DNA of 64,000 nt from Lingula anatina (lineage: Eukaryota; Animalia; Brachiopoda): positions 12,338,001 to 12,402,000 of the forward strand of contig CM120640.1 of the NCBI GenBank assembly GCA_051362555.1, read 5' to 3'. Positions 27,915-40,470 of the stretch are shown piece after piece. The notes under the pieces were generated by a model, which was given only the letters and a program-made list of their open reading frames with translations, ran no database searches and was not told the origin of the DNA. Each line of letters opens with the position of its first letter. Within the stretch, counting starts at the first letter, position 1. The position numbers and the translations under genes are program-made.

Positions 27915-29335
27915 GGTTTCTTAGTTATCTGAACTTTTCCTTGGTAAAGACAAAGTGGATCCTGAAAACAGCAGATACCAAGTAAACTGTTTAGTTTCTT
28001 ACATGTATGTTCAATTTTTATCAGGTAGACTAAACCACATATCAGTCAACAATTTGACAAAACACTACTAATATTACAAAAAAAAAAAAAACGGATTGTA
28101 TTCTTGTCAGAAGTTTGAAATCCCTTGCCTTGAACGCAGAATCAATGAAAAATAATACAAACCTTGTTTCAGCTTTTCTAGAGTCAGATAATTTTCTTTA
28201 CCAAAAACTGTGCAATGCTTTTCCTACACATCAACCGAAGATTCACTCAAACAATGCTTATCCCATGACTTAACTTTCATTTTGAAAACCAAATGCCTCC
28301 ATGTACATTATGCAAAAGGAGACATGTACACCTGTCACCTAGCATCAATATACACAGTGCCTGGTAAACTGATAACAATTCCCCAAGAGCTTTTATGTAC
28401 AGGTTTACAATAACAATAATTAATCAATACTGGTAGTATGGTGCCCAAAACAAGTTTTCACAATCCTGGCTACAGCAGCTGGTCAGTAATTTTGACAGTT
28501 GGCTAAAACTAAATCAATCTATATTTCTTCTGAGTTCCAAAAATTGTAGTTATTGATCATTTAAATACACCTTAGCCAAAATGCTTCAAATTAGTTTTTC
28601 ACTTATTATGTTTGGTCAGATTCAAAGGGAGGGTAGCAGGATTTGGGATTTAAAAAATTCATTACTTCCTTTTTTTCTGTATTTCCTCTACAGTTCATTC
28701 TGCAGTGTGTCACATGAAATGATTTTAAACTTTTAAAGCTTTTGGCTTTTGTGCATCTAAGTTCTTAGAAAATTTATCAGTAATACATCCAAGTAATTCA
28801 TATATAATTGAATTTATTTATCTACATTTATATAGGTATGCCAAAATATTATTTGTAGTATTTTAAGGTAGGCCAAAATATTATTTGTAGTCCACAGTCT
28901 TAGAATTTAGATAATATAGATACAGTATAATCAATAAAGCACGTGTAATGTACTTGTATAGTATAATAATATATTTTAGTTGGTTAGTACAACTCCTGAA
29001 TGTTATAGTAAATCTTGATGTCATGGTCTACGATATAATGTAACGATGTATTCATGAGGTGTCAATAACAGGCTTTAATTATTTCAGAAATATGTCTTGG
29101 ATATAAATACTTTATATCATCGTGCATCTTGTTATGACACATGCATCCAAACACTGCAAGGGACCAAGCCCTATACTAATGTGCAAGTCTTACCGAATCT
29201 TTTAGACAATATGTAATACAAAGTGATATCTAAACTCACCACTTAATATTTTAATTATTCCCCATCTTCGACAGCAAGTACTGAATTTGCAGCAGAGAAA
29301 ACTGCAATTCACACATAAAGTCGAGTGGTTTGTTT

Positions 29336-29349
29336 GCTGTCTCGACAAC
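29336..29349. promoter_or_regulatory. X-box (RFX)-like motif in the CCDC92/Deltex divergent promoter region
   Basis: GCTGTCTCGACAAC resembles the GTTGCCATGGCAAC consensus and lies at the inferred CCDC92 start region. Confidence 0.4.
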
Positions 29350-29762
29350 CGATGACAATAACGCACGGCATCATGGGAGTTGGTATTGTAAATATAAAAA
29401 TTAACTCTGTATTTAATTTGATCCAATTTATTAAATAAAATATAATTAAAGTGTACAAATAGTAATAAAAAACAAATGTGTCTTTTAAATTGAATTTAGT
29501 TTACAAGTCGGTGTTCTCTTTCCTCAGAGATATCATTGAATAAAATGAGGCTCGTAGGGAAAATGTGTATATTTACCAATATTCATCAATATTCATATCG
29601 CAACAAAAACATTCAACATGCACATTTATTAACTGTAAATAAAAACAAACGCGATAATTCTGTATAATCTTTAGTTTCAAATTCAGTGTGCATGTTGTTT
29701 CTTTTTGCAAACATATAATTTACTTTATCACCATTTTCCTTTCGTTCCGCTGTGTTTTGAAA

Positions 29763-32700
29763 ATGGCTGCTTCCTGCACGAGCCCGTCGGGGGTAGTTGT
29801 CTGGGAATGGATGAACGAATTCGGTCGATGGAGACCTTACGAGCCAGGTGTTTCAAACTATATTGAAAACCATACAACAAATGGAGTTACTCTTTATCTC
29901 AAAAATGTAGATCCGAAGCTCTCAATGTACAAATTGGATTTACAAAACTATGTCCAAATTGCACAGCACACTGGTAGGTATGATTTGGCGGATTTTGATT
30001 TTTGGGATTGATTTTTTATTTTTGTTAGGGCAAAACAATCTCTATTGTTTCTTTCGATTTGCTTGAATAAAATTTTATGCTGAAAAATAATGTGAGAAGA
30101 ATTTGATTGAAACTTCTATTTCGATTTAAAGGTATCTTTACATTTATTAAACGGGAAAAACTACTTTCGTTTTTGAAGAATTCTAATAATTTTAGTACTT
30201 TTGTAGTATACCCCCCCCCCCACCCTGTAACTTTCTGTAACTTTCACTTTTCAAACAGTTTTTTACATTTTCTTGTTCATCTATGTCAAAGCTGTTGAAA
30301 TAAAATGCTTTTGTAATTACCTGTGGACTTTTTATTAGTTTTAATCACGTTTAATCCAGCCCATTGAAATACAATGTTAGATTCTTCAATTTACACCCGC
30401 AGTCAATAACTTGCCGCGTTTTCGTTGGCTAACTCTAAGGTAATTTTATGTGAAGTAGCTCCTAATAATTTCACAGAGGAAGTCCAAGTATACAATGTAT
30501 CAATCCTATGTTCACATAAAATAAGGTAGAGTTAGCCAACGAAAATGCGACAAGTTATTGACTGCAGGTACATTGTAAATTTTCACATTGTATTACAATG
30601 GGGTGGATTAAACGTGATTAAAACTAATAAAAAGACCACAAAAAATGTTTGAAAAATGAAAGTTTCAGGAAGTTACAGGGTGGGGGGGGGGTATACTACA
30701 AAAGTACCTAATTTTATTGGTTCATCACTAATTGGATGTTGACAAATCTTTTTAATTGCTACTTCTTCAGACCACACTTGAACTTAAATACACGATTCTA
30801 TTTTAAGGAAAACAGCGTCAAATTAGAAGAAAAATATATCTTGCAGATAGTGCACCAGGCAAAGGAATTGTTTGGAAATGGGAAGGAGATCAGAAAGGAG
30901 AATATCATGCTTATGATCTTGACATAGCCAATTTTTTAGAAAAGGCATATATGAGTAACCAGCAGATTATAAATATACAACAAACATTTTCAAACTGTCC
31001 GTACACTGTTGACTTCAGAAGAATGACTCAGCAACGAAATGAAACTGGTTTTCCAAGACAAGTTCAGAGAATATTTCTACCTGTATCCTATACATTTATT
31101 GGGAATAAAACCCTAGACCACCCAATTGTGGGAAGGAAACGGAGTCATGCAGTTGATCAAGATGTTCATGCCTTACATGGTCATACCAGTAAAAGGAAAT
31201 CAAACAGTTTACCTCCTATCTCACAGCCACCCAATGGGTTCACATATTCTGCTGCTTTGTCGAGTACAGAATCCACATTTTCAAATTCCTTCCCAAATGC
31301 AAATTATCAGTCAAGTGGTTTGCCATTGTATTCGTATACCAATCCAAACACCTCACAGGGTTCTCTTAGTTCTAGTCAGCCAACACAATGTAAAGTCACC
31401 AGGGCTCAACCATTTACTGTAAATACTACAATAAACCCAAGGCCTTTCATCTTTAGTCCAGCAAACAACAGTTTAGCACCAAGGTTTGTAGTTAGACCTA
31501 GATAATAGTGTGTTTTGTTATATCTTGTTTTAGGTCATATTTTTTATCTTTAGGATATTAAATTTGAGGGTTGAATAATGCTTTGATTTAGAGATGGTTT
31601 AATTGTGACTTGTAGTTAATATACAATAAAATTGATAACCATGCTTTTTTGTATCTAGGGCTGATACACTTGCTTACCTCTGACATTTGTGAAACTTTAT
31701 AGGTGAAAACATTCCACATTTGTTTGTTCCTAAAGGCAAGGTGTTGTTGATTTTATTTTAAATACTAATTAAACATAATATTTTTTGGCAGATTAGACCG
31801 GACAATGAATAACTCTATTAGAGATTTTAACATGCTGTGTTATTTTGTATTTCAGTTGGTCTACCCCTTCTGGTGCTAACAGAAGTTTTGGTATTCTCCC
31901 TGATATCTCTGGTAAGATTTAAGTTAAAGAGGGCTCTTGTCCTCTCCCATTTTATCTTACCTTTTATCATGCTGTTGGCATCTTCATCCTGTAAAGAAAT
32001 TAAAAAATAATTACAGTGAATTTATTTGATTGTTCTTTTATCCTATGGTAAATTTGTACTTACTCTTGGTAAAGACAAACAGCTTTGCAAGATATGTAAA
32101 CATAAATGTGACTTTCAGACAGTCAAACATATCAACATGGAAAGTATATACCTGTAAATTCTAATCTAAATCTGAATTCTCATTTGGACTATCTATATGA
32201 TTTTTTCATTGATACTGAGGATGGGTTGCATGTGCAGTTAGCCTATTTTAGCTATTTAAAACTAAGTTACACCCCTCGTATGAAAACCTGGAATCCAAAT
32301 GATAACAAGGCAGTAAAGCTGTCATAAATTCAAAAATAGTGATAGAAGCAATGACATGAAAACTAATGAACAACCAATTAAACATTGGAAGTGCTCAAAA
32401 TGTGTGTTTTGTCAATTTTGCTGAAATGTAACCTATCATTTTGGAGCATGATCACCTCAAAAATTTAATTTGTGCCACTAGCACCACCCACTGACATTCA
32501 AAGTCATGTCTGGAAAATGCCAGTCTATGGAAATAAAAATGTTTTAAAAGATTCATAACTTAAAGAAAATGATCCAATCAAGTTTTTTCCAAAGCTGTAT
32601 TTTAGTCCTTTGATTCATTTATTTGGAATGTCTCTGTCCATAAAAATGTAAGTTGAGTATAGGTCAGAGAAGAATTTCATCAGCATTGTTAAGTTAGAAG

Positions 32701-33294
32701 AATGATGTGATTTTTTTCTTCAGTCAACAGCTAATATTGAGATGTCTATCAGGACATCTTCAGGGAATGAGGCTATCCAGGTGAATAGCCTCTACTCAGG
32801 AGATATACTTGCCTGCCCCCCTCCCCCCCTCACCTATTGTCTTAGGAAAGGGAGGTAGAGGTCAGGGAGGATGGCACCATCATTTCTGTTGAGACTGGCC
32901 GGTCTTTCTGATGTGAACTCAATATTAGCTGTTGACTGGAAAAAAATCACATCATTCTTAAGTTGAGTATATCTTTGTAAAATGCCTATGAATGATAAAG
33001 GTTCAAGCAATTGTTGCCCATTAATTAAACATATCATATTATGCAAAACTAGTTATAATTTTTTTACTGTAACAGGTGCTTATACAAGATTGTTTGGTGG
33101 AACATCAACATTGTCATCCTACAGTCCAAGTCCACAGCTGAGTGCTGGACTGAATTTGCCAGCTACTCCAAATGCTACAGTGCCCATAAGGTCCACTTTA
33201 AGGGGAGCAAGCAGATCTGGTGGAAATGTGATATATTTAAAGGAGAAATCAACACGTATGTTTTTCTCATGCATTTACTATGAATGTACACATA

Positions 33295-33327
<33 letters not shown>

Positions 33328-35464
33328 TTGTATCTGTTTTATTTTATGTAAGCATAATTCCATCATAGCATTTTTTTAACTTTTTTTTGTTAGCAACAAG
33401 TGCTGAGGAAGTCCTGCACAATTATGTGACAATCAAGCCTTCACCTGAAGATGAGGTAAACATATTTGAAGATGATTGTGAGCTTAAGCATTAGCAGACT
33501 ACTTTCTGAGATAAAGTAATTTTATTTCCACAGAGAAAGACAGGTATATATATAAAAAAATTCTTTGACAAAAGCTCATTTTCAGATTTATGTTAAACTA
33601 AAAATTTGATATGCGTTGTTTCCAGGACTGCTGCATATGCTGTGAAAAGCTTAACGATGCCTCTGGTTATGATAGTAAAGACACAGTAGTGTTCCAGCTC
33701 CGCAAATGTAGTCACATGTTTCACAAAGCCTGCTTGCATGCCATGTATGAGAATGGGCAAAAGGTGAGAGGAAATTAAATTCCTTCTTCAAGATTATGAA
33801 AGCTGCAGCATTATATTTTTCAGACATCCTATGAACTGAAGAGAGACAATGCGAAAGATTACTTTGTGATATAGTTTGTGATATGAAAAGTGAAAACAAA
33901 TAAAGAAAGTAACTTGAATGAATCCCAGTGCTATATGGTTTTAATTGTATCATAGAGCATTTGATGTTTGACATGCAAATGAATTTACAATTTTAGGATG
34001 GAAGCATCCAGTGCCCAACTTGCAAGACTATCTATGGACAAAAATTTGGTAACTGTCCTGATGGGTCAATGGAGTATCACTTATTGCCTCAACAACTTCC
34101 TGGGTACAAAGACTGTGGAACTATACAGATCATATACAAAATACCACGCTCTGGTTTACAGGTACATACTTTTTGTCACCAACACGCTCACCATTTTTAA
34201 TTTCCCACACAAGTGCTCAAATATGAGTTTGTTGCAACAAAAAAAAAAAATGGATATGATGAAGTGTAGAATGTTTTTATGTAGCAACCTATGACTGACT
34301 TGATGACTATCCAACTTTCTGTTATGTGATTTAGATTTTTTTCATATAAATGTCTATTAGCATTTTATTGATGGTGAGATACAAATTCAATCAAAATGGT
34401 GCTTTTCTAGTAAAAAAGTTATTGTATACATGGTGGGAAATGTATATGGGATCCTAGACTTTGTAACAGTATTCTGTTTCTAAGATAAATCATACACCTA
34501 AAAAAGCAAACGAGGCACTCAACTGTGCAAATGCAGTCATGATCTAAATATTAAAACAAACCTTAATGATATATCAAAACTGGAGTTGCTGTGATCAGCA
34601 ACCATTTCCCACTCAAAGTTACATTCATAACAAACGTGACTGAAATAGATTTCTAAATAATTTTGGTATATATTTTGTAACAAAGAAACATCGAATGTCT
34701 AGATTATTGCTGTTGAAAGACCCCCATGTACCAGAATAGTATTGAGTGTTCCAAACACTTGGAAATAAATTCACTAAGGCATGTGCAGAAGAATGCCATT
34801 ACAAGTCAAATGTTGTTTGCAAATAATGTGTAAATCATTTGCTTAAAATTCTATCTATGCATTGTGATTTCTTATCCCATAGGGCCCAGGGCACCCTAAT
34901 CCTGGCCAAATGTACACAGCCAGGGGATTCCCCAGAGTTGGATATCTTCCAGATAATGACAAAGGAAGAAAGGTATGATGGTACTATGTTGGTCAGTTAC
35001 TGTGATGTTTAGCATATTATGATTTTAACACTGTAATCATTTCAGATTATATATTAGAAGGTTCATGTATCTGGTATTGGTGGACAATAACACCCTCTAA
35101 TAAATCTTGACTTTATATCAAGCTTTCATTTTTATGCCAGCATTTCAAATTTTCAAATAAGAACATTCTTTAAATATCTTGGACGTATATTCGATGATTA
35201 ATGTTACTGAATTATTATTTTATAATTTTATTTGTTTCACTAAAGGTTTTACAACTACTCATCAAGGCCTGGGAGCGTAGGTTGATTTTTACAATTGGCA
35301 TGTCAACTACCACAGGAGAACAAGACACGGTGACATGGAATGAAATACACCACAAGACAGAAATAGGCACTAACCACTCTGGTCACGGCTACCCTGATCC
35401 TAAGTACTTGGATAATGTTATAGCTGAGCTAGCAGCACAGGGCGTGACAGATGAAGATGAATAG
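29763..35464 (+). CDS. DTX: Deltex-family E3 ubiquitin ligase (two WWE domains, RING-H2, DTC domain)
   Basis: Exons 29763-29973 ([16 protein letters not shown]), 30808-31483 (GIVWKWEGD...[10 protein letters not shown]), 31856-31911, 33076-33255, 33394-33455, 33626-33763 (DCCICCEKL...[10 protein letters not shown]), 33997-34161 ([10 protein letters not shown]), 34883-34972 ([18 protein letters not shown]) and 35246-35464 ([24 protein letters not shown]). Confidence 0.97.
30195..30708. mobile_element. Foldback MITE, probably PIF/Harbinger (Tourist-like), in Deltex intron 1
   Basis: Terminal arms gtacttttgtagtatac(c)n accctgtaactt / aagttacagggt(g)n tatactacaaaagtac. Inner arms ttttattagttttaatcacgtttaatcca and gcagtcaataacttg..gc.ttttcgttggctaactcta are mirrored at about 30527-30636. 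Flanks are TTA and TAA. Confidence 0.9.
32698..32959. mobile_element. Small element with ~43-bp terminal inverted repeats in Deltex intron 3
   Basis: aagaatgatgtgatttttttcttcagtcaacagctaatattgag (32698-32741) pairs with ctcaatattagctgttgactggaaaaaaatcacatcattctt (32918-32959). Confidence 0.75.
33297..33326. repeat. (CA)n microsatellite
   Basis: 15 CA units in Deltex intron 4. Confidence 0.97.
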
Positions 35465-37235
35465 AAACTTGTCTGTTGTGTGTCATGTCAACTCTTATTT
35501 TTGCATTAGTGCCATCTCAGGACAAAGATATAGCAATTTTAGGTTTAATAAACGAACTGTCTCATCTGAATAAATTGTGTTCATTGAGCAGTATAAGCAT
35601 TAGAGTGAATGCTTTTTATCAAAATTACTTGACAAGTTAAATATTGTGCAAACTAATGGTTGCTTGAATAAAATAAAGATTAAAGATTTTCTTTGAAAGA
35701 AACTTAAGATCTCCATCAAATGCTGATGGGTGTATTATAATAACTTCTGTTTAAACTTGCAGATCAGTATTGTCATTCAAGAGCAATTATTTAGTGTACA
35801 ATAGGTACAATTGTCAGATGCCTGTGATGAAAATATGATGCAGTTTATAATATTGTATTGCAATATTAAGAAAATTATATTAAAAAACAAGGTTCTTATA
35901 GTTTGATATCTATGAGAGTTCACTGCTGCTACACCAAAGTAGTTTTTATGAACATTTCGTCTTGTATGAGAATCATCCTGAACTTTCTTTACTGTGCTGC
36001 TGTGGTCATTTCTAGCCTAATATCTCACAAATGGAGTGGCAGTTTTATGCCATGTTGCCAAATAACTTACTGTTTGTTCTGTGGTGAAATTTAGTTAATT
36101 TCATAAATTTATTGCGTTTAATCTAGTCTTAACAGCTTCGTATGATTAATGTCCATGATAGTATTGTAATTGTAATGAAGGATATTTGTCAGGCAGTTTT
36201 ATGTACTTAGAAGATTATGTTTTAATAAATAATAATAATAAATGTTTTTAGCTAAATAGAAATGTTAGAAACCAGTTGTCTGGACAGAACTGATGTTGAT
36301 GCATCCCAGCCGTTTGGCTGAGTATAATTATATAATGCATGCTTATTGGTTAAAAAGAAAGATCACATTTTAAATAATTTCTTTGTTTGTTGATAGGGTA
36401 TTGATTATTAAATGGCAATAATATCTGTTTATCAGAACAGAACAGTTATCTTACGGTATGCTGAAATTCTTGTTGTGGATGAACATTGCTGTATAAGAAA
36501 TATGAGTCAAGTACTTGTTCATTTATACATCATGAAAATGCTGATAATTCTTGATTGCATTGAATAAATTTATGCTCAAATTATTATTGAAGACATTTGC
36601 TTTTTTCACAAAATTACATGTTTTTTGCTTGACCTCAGAGCATAAAAAATTAGGGAAGGTGTTTGAGTCATATATATATATTTTATTTATTTATTTATTA
36701 TTATTATTTTATTTATTTATTTTTTTTTTTTACATGTAGGCTCATATCTGTTTTCTAAGGACTGCATTTTATAAAGGAATAATTGGGTATGTAGTGTTAT
36801 ATGAGTACATATTACCGTTAAATAATGATTTGTTTCCATTCTGATCAAGGAGTTAAGCACACATTTTGTTGTTGGTACAGATCTTGTGGATATACATATT
36901 GAAAGAAGATATTCAGAAAACTGAGAAAATTTGTTGATGGTTACATGCACAAGTCATTTAAAAAGCGTGATATCTTCAATTCTCTCCTTTACTACAGAAG
37001 GTCTTACGTTTTATTCACTGGCGCGAGTTTTTTCGGATTTGTAGAACAAATGTAATATTTGGTATGGTGGTGCTGGGATGCCAAGCTTGAAATTGCACTA
37101 ATCCCTGTGCCATGTCATTTATATGAGGTAAGCGGTCTGGTAACCTAATTATAGCTAAGGTGTACTGAAGCCAGGCTTTAATGACAGCCAGACGTGGCAT
37201 GGGTTCAAGACGACCAGAAACCTAACAGATATAAA

Positions 37236-38486
37236 ATGATGAAAGGGAACGGAGTTATAGACAAGTCCCAAGGAGATAATCAACTGTTACTCCTTGACTC
37301 TAGCAGTGACAGTGATGTTCACGAACATTTCAATCTACAGCCCTTGAAAGGGAAAAAGCAACGAAAGTAAGTGAAAGTTTTGGAATTTACTACTGAGTCT
37401 TCATATGGCACATATTGTCATTTTTACTTTGCCAGATGTCACCAAAAGGATTTTAGGTCTGGATCTTTTTCTGTGACCATACATGTACGAAGGGTATTAT
37501 AATCAGCAAGTAGATCGCACTGAATTTTATGAGCTTGCCGTTTGTCACAGATGTACTGTACTGCAGTACATGTAATCTGTGTACAGTCTTTGCGGATTCA
37601 GATACTGTTATCAGTATCATAAATGCATTGATCTAATTCATGCTTCCACTCTGATCAGCTGTCTCTCATATTGTCGCCATCATTGTCACCAACAACACGT
37701 GTGCATAATCAATTTAGATCTACATTTATAACTGCCAAATCATTCATGTTTTTTTATAATTTTATTTGTTTATTTATTTAATTATTTATTTATTTATTTA
37801 TTTATTTAGTTTTTTTACAAAGTTGCCACATTATGTTTTACATCATATTTATGTATATAATTTGACCCATAAGTACCAAACCATTTAGAGGTATTTTCAA
37901 CAAAAATTAAATAACAAATTTTATGCATCCAGTCAATTATATGCAATCATGTATGGAAACGATTTTGATAAAAGGGAAAAATATTGGTTGTTCATACAAC
38001 TTGTTCATTTAATTCTGCAGTGATAACCAGTGTCATATTTCACTCTTTTCCTTTAATTTGTAAAACACGCAGCGAATTGTGTATTATATAAGACGGCTGA
38101 GAGTACTGTATACTAGTATGTAACAGCATGAACACAGGAATGACAGAAGAATGATGCTAAAATCAATGTTAGCTGTTTAATCTTTATAATACATAATTTC
38201 ACACATGTTTGCTATATAATCTCAACAACAATATTACAATCTTTCATACTTTAAGTGCTCCTTTAACTTTTATGCAGTAATAAGTTTTTCACTTGATTGG
38301 TTTGTCATTTCAGGAAAACATCTCCTCCTACAGTGCCGTTCAGAAGAAAAGCAGGCTGTTCACTAGGAGCATGCGTAATAACTGTGGTGTTAATAATAAT
38401 TATAGTATTTCTCAGTGCCATGGCAGTACTATACTACCACCTGTTTGTGGATTTTCAAAAAATTAAAATGAGATTCAATCATGCAT
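37236..38486 (+). CDS. Putative alternative first two coding exons of EFCAB14 (second tail + transmembrane module)
   Basis: Exon 37236-37366 (MMKGNGVIDKSQGDNQLLLLDSSSDSDVHEHFNLQPLKGKKQR, donor GTAAGT, phase 2) joins exon 38314-38486 (KKTSPPTVPFRRKAGCSLGACVITVVLIIIIVFLSAMAVLYYHLFVDFQKIKMRFNHA, donor GTAAGT, phase 1). Phase 1 fits the EFCAB14 exon starting at 43825. Confidence 0.72.
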
Positions 38487-38620
38487 GTAAGTACTAGCTC
38501 TTGCAGTGGAAGTGTGCTTTTTTATAAGGGGTATTTCAAGCAAAATGGTGAAATCTTTGTTATTGAAAACTCAAATCTTAGGGAAAGAGTGAAATTCTTG
38601 AAACAGCACAAAATATTATG

Positions 38621-38651
<31 letters not shown>

Positions 38652-40289
38652 ATTTACACCAGCAAAGAGTAAAAATGTTATATGCAAGACTAAATCCATT
38701 AAATTAATATGCTACACATGCTTATGACATTAGACATGAAATGAGCTTGAAGATAGTCGTTACATGTACTGTACAATGCTTTGCTTTGTGATGAGAAAGG
38801 AAGAAGAAATTTGCTAGATTTGAACTCCAAAGTAAAACAAGCCATACATGCCATGGTTTGTGAACACATTAATACATTTCTCCAAATAATTATACAAATT
38901 CATACAATGGCAACACATAAATGCTCATATCTAGCTATTTCCCTTGCCTCACTGCCTCGTTGGAAAAACGCAATGCAGATGACAGCTAGTGAATGATACT
39001 ATTTAGGAGAAGGATGTCACAAGCCTTTCTAATTGCCTTACACATAACAATATTTTAGAGCATGCTAGCTAAGTGATGATTGGTATTAATCAGAGATTTT
39101 AAAAAGAAAGCATTTCAAATACATCTTGTTATGACATTCAGATTAAGCTGGGTTATTACTGGGAGCATTTAAGAATTGTTTTAGGCTGCTCTTAGTAAAG
39201 GGTAAGTTCACATGGAGTCAAATGTTTAGATTTTTTGACATATGCCTTTAAATATAGGGTCATTTACTTTGTGCAGAATAATACACAAGATCCAAGATTT
39301 CTCCTTATTTGGGCAATGTTATAGGGTTTTGTAATACTGGCATATACTAATCAAGGGACTACTAGTATTTTGACCAAAGTATCAATAACAGAGTTTGTTG
39401 GCTTGTTTTCAGGTGTGTTTTTTACCTGTTGAAGTGCCTCAAATTTAAGTATGAAATACAGTGTAATTGAGTTTAGATATACACTGTATATTGGGTTCTG
39501 GTGATGCAACCACTGGAGATAAAAACACCAAAATTGGTGTACTGTAGTTATTGATATAGATAAGGTAGAATTTTGACAAGATCATTTAAAACAATGTTAG
39601 GCAGTCTTGGTGAATGATCCAGTGAAAATTAGTGTAATTTAACATAATTAGTAATAAAATCTAAATGTAGTGATGGTAAGAAAATTGTCACTCCCCTCGT
39701 GTTGTACTCATGCAGAGCCTCTACTAGCCATTGGGATTTTTCTGATCGGAATCTTGGTTAAAGAGAAAAAGCAACACTTTTACCCCCAAATTGCTGATCT
39801 GATGGCATCAGCAAAATAGCAGTATTTTATTTGAAGACAAACTAAGTCCATGAACATTATATGAAAATATTTTAACAACCATTTTATATAAAGTTTTTTT
39901 AGCTTAAATGCCCTTTGAAGGATTTTATGTCCCTTTGAATAAAAATGATTTTTAAAAAGCTAAGGCAAGTATTCTCTTCCAGTTTTTTTAGTTGTCTTTG
40001 AATTGCCTATAAAAAGTTGAACTGAAAGGCAACTGTCTTTTATGTCGCTAGTATCATTCAAATGCTTCCAGCTTTGTTTGTAAACAGTTGGTCCATCAGT
40101 CACGTGTTGACAGGTTCCTTTATGTATTATAATAAGAAACGGGATTTGCTCTATAGAAGGTACTATGGCTTTTATTTGTTGGTTCCCAGAAATTAAAATG
40201 ACCAGGAATGTTTTGTTAGGTTGCAACACAACCCAAAGAAAAAGCAGAGTTCAGCATGTATGATTTGTTCCCATTCCCTGTGGAACTAG

Positions 40290-40312
40290 CGTCACTTCCG
40301 GTTTATGATTGG
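40290..40312 (+). promoter_or_regulatory. EFCAB14 proximal promoter motifs
   Basis: ETS site CACTTCCGGT (40293-40302) next to a CGTCA half-CRE and an inverted CCAAT box (ATTGG), about 170 bp upstream of the ATG in a CpG-richer patch. Confidence 0.55.
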
Positions 40313-40470
40313 TGATGGAATCGTAGGCAAAGGTCATGGATTAAGCAACTTACGTTTATTTATATGTATTTTAACGACATTAACAGGCCATAATCTTGTT
40401 TGGACATACACGCAAGAACAAGCTGGAGCAACAAATAGGACCAAACGGGGATTATCTCCCGGTAAAACGT

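Noticed and set aside
28834-28890. 32-bp-period tandem duplication (gccaaaatattatttgtagt x2)
   Set aside because: Ordinary slippage duplication in an intron with no further structure.
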